Below, piece after piece: positions 56,336 through 64,000 of a DNA stretch of 64,000 nucleotides. Position numbers and translations under genes: made by a program. The stretch's first letter is position 1, and each line of letters opens with the position of its first letter. The notes under the pieces were generated by a model. That model saw only the letters and a program-made list of their open reading frames with translations. It ran no database searches and was not told the origin of the DNA. Source of the DNA: a virus; the IMG/VR virus record IMGVR_UViG_3300050821_003228, positions 33,818 through 97,817 of that record, one strand, 5' to 3'.

Positions 56336-58291
56336 TCATTTGCATTTAATTTTCCATGATTCTGCAATCTTCTTAATATGGTCCATTTCTTCAGCCGGAA
56401 ATAGATAATTAGAACAGGCCGTAACTAACTCACCGTTAAGTTTATATTTCACCGTGAAGCTTCCATCACTAAATAACTTAAACTTTGCCTCAGTAGCATT
56501 ACCTATTGTCGGCCATAAATCTCCAATCTTGTCAGTTTTTGGAAGAGGAACTTCAATCTTATCTTCTTTATGATACTTATGAAGATGATTCGGTTCAGTT
56601 CCTTTATCCCGCTCTCTCATTTCATCCCGCTTCGCGCCCTCTTCATCAATTTCTTCTAACTCGATATGATGCTTCCCCTTGAACCAATCGCAAACTTCCT
56701 TATCGCTTTCAGCCTTCAGGATGACATCATATAACATCGGCGCGATTCCTAACAACGTGATGCTCGGGTTTTTCGCTGTGATATTCATCACGTCCTGAGA
56801 AATGAATTTGTCAAACGCCCATCCATTGTTATGAACGGCGTTCACGCATTTATTCAAATTCTCTAATGCTTTCACGATGTTACCATCAAGTAATTCATTG
56901 AACATCGCACTTGCGAAAGCACCGAATGTATACCATTTCTTACCTCCGAATGATCCCGGCCATTCAGGATTATTAGCAAATGAAGCTAACGCTTTTAAAT
57001 ATCGTGTCCGTGTTGAACTGTTCAAGACTTTATTCCATACACCCTTATACACGATATTACGGGCCGGTTTACGCTTCCTGCCCGGTTCGTGACGGAATTC
57101 ACCTAACGCGGCTGTAACAGTCAGTCGGTAAGCACAGCCCATTGCGAAACCAAGAAGAACGTCTTGACGGCCTAACCAAACTGATGTACTATGACAACCT
57201 GTGACCATTGCATAAGCAGCATCTTGAAAAGTAGTGTCATGAGTCGCACCGAGGACAAAACCCTTCCTGATGTCATCTAACTTTGGCTCATAAACCTCAG
57301 TATTCGGGCGAAGAGTCTCACCAATGACGGGTTTCCGAGAAATTAGAACAGGAAGCTTCGCTAGAACAGCATGAACTGCATAATGCGAAGCAAGGCTTCC
57401 TTCAGGATGATAAATACACGTCCCTCTTGGGAATTCCTTCGCTTTCGTTTCCCACTCTAATAGGTCACCTTCTGCAAGAACGATATTCTTAACTTCAACT
57501 TCTTCAGGAATGTAATCCACAGTATTAGGAAGTGCCGGGCCATTCCGCAATTGAACGAAGTAGTTAATTAATGAAGTATCATATTCATACTTCTTAGCCC
57601 ATAACAATTCGACATAAGGTGTCTCTGTAATCCGGGCCGCACTCAAAGCTTGTGACCATCCCCAACTATCTCCCGGCATTCCTAATGCTGGAATACAACG
57701 TGAAGAGTGCCCTGCTGTAGCTCCATCATTGCCTTTTCCAATGACTAGCTTTCCTGTCGTCCAAATGCCCGAATATTCAGCTTTGATAAACGGCATCACA
57801 ATAAACTCGGCCCGATCTTCAGCTTTCAACGTCTCTTCAAATAGCTTCTCAGCCTCTTCAACTGTATTGACCGGGCGGGAATCTACGAAGCCGTGGCGCG
57901 GAACCATAGGACAAGGACGAACGAACTTATTAACCATTCGACTGAAATCTCGCGCCTGAAACAGACCTAACTGTTTCTGAGTGATTAACTTCTCTTCTCT
58001 AGTAATTTCAGCCTGAAGATCATTCATTGCTGCTTCAAGATAAATCTTTTGATGATACTTGTCAATTGAAGCTTTTAGAATTGTCTTCAACTGTTCCAAT
58101 CTTTCTTTCTTCTCTGATAATTCAACCGTCAAAATCGGGCGGTCATAAGGCGATTCAAAATTGAAATGTTCAACTCCATAGACATCAAATGCAGGAGTCA
58201 GGAACCCGTTTGTTTTCAATGCCTTCAATCCTGCCGCCTTCTGTGTTCGGTACTCAGGATTGACTGCCGTTGCTTGTCCTACTTGTGCCAT
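56336..58291 (-). CDS. PEP-utilising/dikinase-like protein with a His swivel domain
   Basis: GSLASHYAVHA resembles the GGxxSHAAI phospho-His motif; YFVQLR.GP resembles the end of the ATP-grasp domain. Confidence 0.55.
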   Translation of the reverse strand: MAQVGQATAVNPEYRTQKAAGLKALKTNGFLTPAFDVYGVEHFNFESPYDRPILTVELSEKKERLEQLKTILKASIDKYHQKIYLEAAMNDLQAEITREEKLITQKQLGLFQARDFSRMVNKFVRPCPMVPRHGFVDSRPVNTVEEAEKLFEETLKAEDRAEFIVMPFIKAEYSGIWTTGKLVIGKGNDGATAGHSSRCIPALGMPGDSWGWSQALSAARITETPYVELLWAKKYEYDTSLINYFVQLRNGPALPNTVDYIPEEVEVKNIVLAEGDLLEWETKAKEFPRGTCIYHPEGSLASHYAVHAVLAKLPVLISRKPVIGETLRPNTEVYEPKLDDIRKGFVLGATHDTTFQDAAYAMVTGCHSTSVWLGRQDVLLGFAMGCAYRLTVTAALGEFRHEPGRKRKPARNIVYKGVWNKVLNSSTRTRYLKALASFANNPEWPGSFGGKKWYTFGAFASAMFNELLDGNIVKALENLNKCVNAVHNNGWAFDKFISQDVMNITAKNPSITLLGIAPMLYDVILKAESDKEVCDWFKGKHHIELEEIDEEGAKRDEMRERDKGTEPNHLHKYHKEDKIEVPLPKTDKIGDLWPTIGNATEAKFKLFSDGSFTVKYKLNGELVTACSNYLFPAEEMDHIKKIAESWKIKCK

Positions 58292-59885
58292 TTTTTATTC
58301 CTCAAAAATTGAATGTATCAGATACAGAATTACTTGTCAAGCTTTTTTAAACGTGGATTATATTTTGTTAATTCTAGCTGTGCCAGATAGTTGCCCGCGT
58401 CTTCAAGAAATTCTTCGCCGTGATATTTAGAAATGTTAAACACTTTTTTAAAAAAGATTCGTGCTTCTTTAGTGTTTTTCAAATCATTGTCTTCTAAAAA
58501 CCGCTCGTAATATCCTTCAGGAAAATAATATTCTCTTCTTTTAACTGTTCCGCCCATAAATATACTGAACCAGAATACTATAAGTGGAATTAGAGCAATA
58601 GCGCCGATAATGAATTTCAATGTCTTACCTCCGTCAAATGTCCGTTTTTACAACTGATGACTTTCGGGCCGGGCATATCAATTGTTACATGCGCGGATTC
58701 TTCGGGCCGTCCCATCACAGGTTCACAGGAAGTACAATAAACTCGGTAAGAAATGCCCGGTTTCGTATTAGTCCTCGAACCGTTTGACAACGTTTTCTTT
58801 CTCGTTGCCAAACCTCTGATTTTATAAAGTCTTTGATCACCGTGTTTTGCACTCATTTATTTAACCTTTCGATGAAGATGTAGATTTTACCATTCCGCCC
58901 ATGAACATACTGAACCAAAACGCTTTCCAATATGTCAATGCCCCACCGAATACGAATGTTAGAAAAGTGGACGAAAATAGGTAATTGGTAACCCACATGA
59001 CTAACAACACGATTACGCCGAATACCGTAACAGCGCCAACTACTGTTAAAACTGTTTTCATTTTTTCTCCCTTACGAGTGATTGGATGCTACTGTTCAAA
59101 ATTAGATTCAAAAAAGCGTTCTTTCCTTCTCTAAATTACAAACGACACAATAGCGCCGTTGAAAGCAGAACGATGATTTACTCCATACCGACCATGTATG
59201 GAACCAATGCCAGCTTTGTAGCAATTTCTTAAATTTATTCAAAATGTTATCTCCTAGTCTGGAATCCTGAAACGCACCGAAGCCAGAAAAACTTGACTAA
59301 CGGAATCGTAAAAAGCACCGAAGCCCAAATATCTCACGATAGCCCGACAATTGTCAAGCGAAAAAGTTAACCGTTACAAAAAAAGATTAAACTAATTTAT
59401 TAGTTTCTTAAGAACGTAACATCCACCTAAGATGTTGAAATTGTAGGGCCATAGAAGCAATCCATTCGACAAAGGTTAATCCCTGCCGTGGCCCATCAAA
59501 ACAAACGTGATCCCGCGATACATAACTACCGCACGCACAAGTACGCTCCCTGTACTGCTGTCTTAGCTCTCGCTCCAAATAAGCGATTCCGTTTAGTTTT
59601 CTGTTCCATAGCAATTAGATGGCCTAACGCCGTGGAAGATTCAAAATTTTTTAGGGATAAACTAGGGTATCAGTCGAGGGGATGTGCTGTACCATCACAG
59701 CTTCTTGAGAATTAAGCTTGCCTATCGCGTCTGCAATGGCCGTTATTTCGTCTACGGGCCGATCTGAGAGGTCAATTACTAGGGATTGCTCTTTGACTCC
59801 ATGCCAAACGCCAATAGCAGAAAAAGCCGTACAATCGCCGCAAAGCGAAAGTACGGCATCGAAGTTTTTATTCTCTGTCAGAATT

Positions 59886-60368
59886 CTATACATCGTAATC
59901 CTGAGACACGAACGCGGCAGGATTCCGCATTGTAAATGTTAAAGGTTTAACCGCTTTGACGTAATCAGCCGGAATCGGACACTGGCAGGTTAGCCCGTCG
60001 AACATATCCGCCTGTACGTCCGTTTCTAGCTGAATATCCTCGGGAATGTCTAATTCGACAATAGCCGGATTAGCTTTCCTCTGTGTCCTTCCAAGCTTGA
60101 TTAGTTTTAATCCGCCCCATGGAAGTGCTTCGCCCGGTTTAGCCCGTTCATACTGTGCGCGGAATTGAGCAAACATCTCCGCTACATCTTTCCTCCGAGT
60201 GACATAAACCCTTGGTTCATTTTCCATCGGAGTATTGCCGCTTTCATCACGCAATTTCCATCCATTGTCAGATCGCATCGTATTAAAGGCTGTTTCTCTG
60301 TGCGGAATCAGCCCGATTTTACGAATTTGTCTAGCCGCCGATAAGGTAGTGCCGTGGTAAACAATCAT
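59886..60368 (-). CDS. ADP-ribosyltransferase/Tpt1-like fold protein
   Basis: YHGT....A..I...GL, VY.T....A..FA, IP...V. Confidence 0.6.
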   Translation of the reverse strand: MIVYHGTTLSAARQIRKIGLIPHRETAFNTMRSDNGWKLRDESGNTPMENEPRVYVTRRKDVAEMFAQFRAQYERAKPGEALPWGGLKLIKLGRTQRKANPAIVELDIPEDIQLETDVQADMFDGLTCQCPIPADYVKAVKPLTFTMRNPAAFVSQDYDV

Positions 60369-60787
60369 CGGCCTAACCCTCGGAATAAGGATTCGATTGT
60401 CATTCCCTTCGTTTGATCTTGATAAGTGCTAAGGGAACGACGTTCATTATCTTTGTCGAGGTCAGGAACCATCAAGTTTGCTAATTCCCAAGCCTTTTTT
60501 TCAGCAGGAACCTGAGAACGGACGTTACCAGTTAACGCAATTTCCATTACGTTAATATTCCTGTGCGTTTGATCTTGTGAAACGATTGAAACAAAATGAC
60601 CTAACTCATGAGCCAATGTCGTTTGAAAGTCTTTTTGTGTCTTGACTCTGAAATCACCATATTTCTTATCCACACTCCCACCGTTTACGGTAATTTCAAA
60701 GAGGTTAAAAGATTTTTGTTGAGTAACACTCGAATCGGGCGAATCGGGGTCAACGTATAGATCGAGAGTAGCAATTTTACGTCTCAA
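60365..60787 (-). CDS. HExxH zincin-like metallopeptidase
   Basis: TLAHELGH...E..AW..A. Confidence 0.65.
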   Translation of the reverse strand: MRRKIATLDLYVDPDSPDSSVTQQKSFNLFEITVNGGSVDKKYGDFRVKTQKDFQTTLAHELGHFVSIVSQDQTHRNINVMEIALTGNVRSQVPAEKKAWELANLMVPDLDKDNERRSLSTYQDQTKGMTIESLFRGLGR

Positions 60788-60801
60788 TTATTTTCCTCTA
60801 G

Positions 60802-60851
60802 GGTAGTTACCCTAATAGCCCGTCTCCGAACGGGCTAATGTGAGAACTACC
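60802..60851 (-). repeat. Intergenic hairpin repeat, copy 4
   Basis: Minus strand GGTAGTT.TCACATTAGCCCGT-TCGGAG-ACGGGCTATTAGGG.AACTACC. Confidence 0.7.
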
Positions 60852-61434
60852 GAACTACTCATGAAAAAAACCTTTTCCGATTGAACGGTCAGCCCACAAT
60901 TCCCCGCCCAGATGGATTAGGCGAACAATGAATCCAGCGAAAGAGAACTTTGCTAAACCGTGTTCTCCGACAATCGTAAGCGTAATTGCGATAAACAGGA
61001 ACACGCCGGCATGTTTAAGCTTAGGGTGTTTCTGTCCTACAACGTGCGTGAGTATTACGATTTTTCTTAGTCTCTTCATCTACCAAATGCCTGTAGGGTC
61101 GGAATTGCGTCTCGAATCCTTTTCCCGTTGAATGCAATCTAATACAGTGTCAGCCCCTTCAGTATGGCAGACATGAAAATCGGAATCATCCGGGCGTACA
61201 TTCGCACCGATAGGGGAAACTACCGGAGTAATAGACGCGCCTTGATGATTGAAAATGTAAGAAGCGTATTCCTCGGGCCAAGTACCAGACGGAAGATGAT
61301 TAGCCTTATGGAATTGTTCAGCCGCTTTCAGCGTTTCAGCTAGATCAGCAACAGAGTAGAACGTTACAACCTGTCTAATCTGTCGATTAATAGGGGCGAT
61401 TGCAGATTGTCTCTTCATTCGTCTATCCTAGAGG

Positions 61435-61490
61435 GTAGTTCCCTCAATCGCCCGATTCTAATAAACTAATCGGGCCAATGTGAGCACTAC
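61435..61490 (-). repeat. Intergenic hairpin repeat, copy 3
   Basis: Minus strand GTAGT..TCACATTGGCCCGATT-loop-AATCGGGCGATTGAGGG.ACTAC. Confidence 0.75.
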
Positions 61491-61677
61491 AATTTAGGTA
61501 AATAAGCCTCTGATTCTTCTGATAATTCCCCGCCGTCTTCATGATCGAGGAGAATCATATCGTGCTTTACTAATATATTAGTCACTGGTGAAATCATAGT
61601 TTCTTCCAGATAATTAGCAAAGCACACTGTTACATCAGCGCCGTTTAGCAATTTTTGGGCTAATGTATGGGCCGTCA

Positions 61678-61959
61678 TTAGTCATCCCCTACAATTTTTT
61701 CATCAAACGATTTAAATTCTTCGGGCGAATAATCATCCAATTCGTCTGAAAAATCATCTTCGTCATCTGACTCGGGCGATTCGGTATGATCCATGATTGT
61801 AGTCAAGAGATGGTTATAGTCTCCTGACTTAGCTTCGTCTAATACGACCTTAATTTCCGCAGCCGTCCAACCTTCCCGTTGTGCCTGTCTCTGGAAAGCG
61901 CCCATGATAGAAAACGCATTCCCATCTAGCCCGACTAATTCAAGTTTTACTTTTTTCAT
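61678..61959 (-). CDS. Conserved phage hypothetical protein with acidic tail
   Basis: L.LVG.DGNAF.IMG......R.GW...EI.....EA.SGDY..LL. Confidence 0.7.
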   Translation of the reverse strand: MKKVKLELVGLDGNAFSIMGAFQRQAQREGWTAAEIKVVLDEAKSGDYNHLLTTIMDHTESPESDDEDDFSDELDDYSPEEFKSFDEKIVGDD

Positions 61960-62727
61960 TCATTTTACCTCTTTGATTAGATTTTGACTACATTACGGCA
62001 CCCCTACAAAGTAGGATGCCGGATGAGGTCAAAATACTTGCGCTATCGCGTCTCCAATGACTAACGCGATTAGCGCGGCAATCGAGAGAATCAAGTAATA
62101 GTCTAGATTACGCATCAGGATAAATCCTCTCTCCAACCTGTTCACCGTAGATCGGTAGATAGGGCGAGACATCAAATCCGCCGTCATGAATGGGTACCTG
62201 ATAGACTAATTGACTCATTCCAGTTTGATTAGCAAGCTTTACTCCCTTGTCTACCGCTTGCTCAAAACTGAGAGGAGATGGTTGTGGGAATCTCATCGAA
62301 TGCCCCACAGGAACGTTATCAGGCATCCTAATAGCCCACAAATGCCTGAAACGAAGATCATACCGAAGAAAAATACAATCATCGTTTCCCCCTCTTCACT
62401 GACTCAATTTTGACAGTCTCGCCGTTAACGAATTCAGAGAACAGAAAACCCTTTGCGCTTTTCTTGTCTGTGGCGTCGATGACGGCGCGATATTTGAATC
62501 CGCCATTAACCCGGTAGTCAATCGAGTACGGATTAGTCTTCCTCGGTACGAGAGAATCATGCGCGATTTGGGCAATGTGATTAATCGCGGAATCGGCATT
62601 CATTCTTTGACCGTTAATCATGAACGTTTGTGCGAGGTCATTATCCGTATCGTAATTCCGAGTACGGACGATAGCGGCAATCTTTTCTAATGCTGTCCTC
62701 TCCTGCATAAGCTTTTATCTCCCGGAG

Positions 62728-62774
62728 CTAATTAGCTCAATCGCCCGTCTGCGAACGGGCCAATGTGTTAATTA
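62728..62774 (-). repeat. Intergenic hairpin repeat, copy 2
   Basis: Minus strand TAATTAACACATTGGCCCGT-TCGCAG-ACGGGCGATTGAGCTAATTA. Confidence 0.75.
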
Positions 62775-63060
62775 ATAAAGCGAGATACCTAACTCATGTA
62801 ATACTTGTGGAGACTCGCTCTCTAACTCCTGATAGAACCGGGACTCTTGAATCGGATGGTTTTGCACGTAATGGCGAACTGTCGATTCGCCTAAAACATC
62901 TTCCATTGTCGTTGTATCTGGTACAGTAGCTACTTCGGGCAGGGAATCAACGTATTCCTTCGGATGACCGTTAATCAACGGGCAGGTTTGGTAATGCCCG
63001 ATAACCCTTACATACTCGCTCGAATTTTCGTTATCGCTTGCCATCGGTAAGCTCCTAATT

Positions 63061-63110
63061 TTAGTCACTCAATCGCCCGATTCTAAAAAATCGGGCCAAT
63101 GTGTTACTAA
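63061..63110 (-). repeat. Intergenic hairpin repeat, copy 1
   Basis: Minus strand TTAGTAACACATTGGCCCGATT-TTTTAG-AATCGGGCGATTGAGTGACTAA. Confidence 0.75.
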
Positions 63111-63688
63111 AACTTAATCCTCTTTTCCTTAAACAACCGCATCATTAGGGAATAGGGAGTGTGGAATTTACCTTTTCCCCACAGTGTTTTATCCTCTCGG
63201 AAATTACACGCACGTTGTACGTGTACGCCTGAATACGGGCAGGGTCCGCCATTTGCCCAAATGTCGAATGCTTTTCTATTCGGGTGACAAGATGCATCAT
63301 ACATCATTAAATCGGCGCACAATTCGGGCGATACTCTTCCCCACGAAGCGAGTAATACCATTGTTGGTGAGGGTAGGTCAGCCCAACGGAGGTCAGCCGA
63401 ACTGAGGTTAGCCCAACTGAGGTCAGCCGAACTGAGGTTAGCCCAACTGAGGTCAGCCGAACTGAGGTTAGCCCAACGGAGGTTAGCCCAACTGAGGTCA
63501 GCCGAACTGAGGTTAGCCCAACTGAGGTCAGCCGAACTGAGGTTAGCCGAACTGAGGTTAGCCCAACGGAGGTTAGCCCAACGGAGGTCAGCCGAACTGA
63601 GGTTAGCCCAACTGAGGTCAGCCGAACTGAGGTTAGCCGCGTCTATTTCCTTGATTAACACGCCTGTGTAACGATTAATTATTTTCAT
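63107..63688 (-). CDS. Pentapeptide repeat protein
   Basis: About 17 tandem A(D/N)L(S/R)(S/W) repeats encoded by 15-bp DNA repeats at about 63375-63638. Confidence 0.92.
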   Translation of the reverse strand: MKIINRYTGVLIKEIDAANLSSADLSWANLSSADLRWANLRWANLSSANLSSADLSWANLSSADLSWANLRWANLSSADLSWANLSSADLSWANLSSADLRWADLPSPTMVLLASWGRVSPELCADLMMYDASCHPNRKAFDIWANGGPCPYSGVHVQRACNFREDKTLWGKGKFHTPYSLMMRLFKEKRIKF

Positions 63689-63742
63689 TTTCTCCCCTTT
63701 AGCCGATTGGCCGATTTTTGAATCGCACCGAATACCAGAAAC

Positions 63743-63771
63743 ATCTAATCATGATACCAAAAAATTGTCAA
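63743..63771 (-). promoter_or_regulatory. Sigma70-type early promoter
   Basis: TTGACA at 63766-63771 on the minus strand with a -10-like hexamer; heads the early gene run. Confidence 0.55.
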
Positions 63772-64000
63772 GAAAATAATGCCTGTGGAAAACTGCCCGA
63801 ATCTGTATTTCCATAATCTCAAAATGAGATTACAGAGAGTCGAATCCAGTTTTTCATTGTCACTCATTAGAGACTGTCCTACATGCCCGAATTTCAGATG
63901 ACCTAGAGCCTACCTGATACAGAGATAGGCTCTAGGATTGGCTGCTATTGCAATTGTGAATCATCGCATAGCAGGGCGGAACCCACAATTACGTCATAGT

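Noticed and set aside
59274-59325. Two GCACCGAAGCC direct repeats in a non-coding gap
   Set aside because: Only two copies near a promoter; too little evidence to call iterons or operators.
63375-63638. Tandem 15-bp repeats resembling a CRISPR array or VNTR
   Set aside because: There are no unique spacers; the repeats are the in-frame coding of a pentapeptide repeat protein.
63810-63940. Palindromes (TCTCAAAATGAGA, CCTAGAGCCTA/TAGGCTCTAGG) suggesting a genome terminus or packaging site
   Set aside because: They lie at the window edge and cannot be evaluated without flanking sequence or read termini.

Overview
AT-rich dsDNA tailed-phage genome segment. Podovirus-like tail and ejection genes and several Acidobacteria-like genes are present, but the host is an inference. 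Genes from 1 to about 34040 are on the + strand (virion, lysis and accessory genes, two tRNA arrays, class II ribonucleotide reductase). Genes from about 34100 to 63690 are on the - strand (RecA, primase-helicase, exonuclease, tyrosine recombinase, many small early genes). I hand-folded 26 CCA-ending tRNAs in two arrays, several with non-canonical features. The most striking part is the first array (about 11.3-17.1 kb), an RNA-rich locus with three unusual components. (i) A roughly 200-nt ncRNA reproduces the 23S rRNA GTPase-associated centre (uL11-binding H43/H44) with compensatory changes and a 137-nt structured insert. (ii) A Ro60/TROVE gene is flanked by four copies of a Y-RNA-like element with a conserved scaffold and different cargo domains, one of them forming the gene's own 5' leader. 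(iii) A roughly 320-nt highly structured RNA matches no class I recognise. GroES and a ClpP-like protease also lie in this locus. Other notable items are an exonuclease gene split by an intron-less HNH gene, covarying intergenic hairpin repeats in the early region, signal-peptide-bearing fibre and glycosidase proteins, a kinase/phosphatase set, a PEP-dikinase-like protein and a DnaA-box-flanked candidate origin. All calls come from reading the sequence by eye; no database searches were run.
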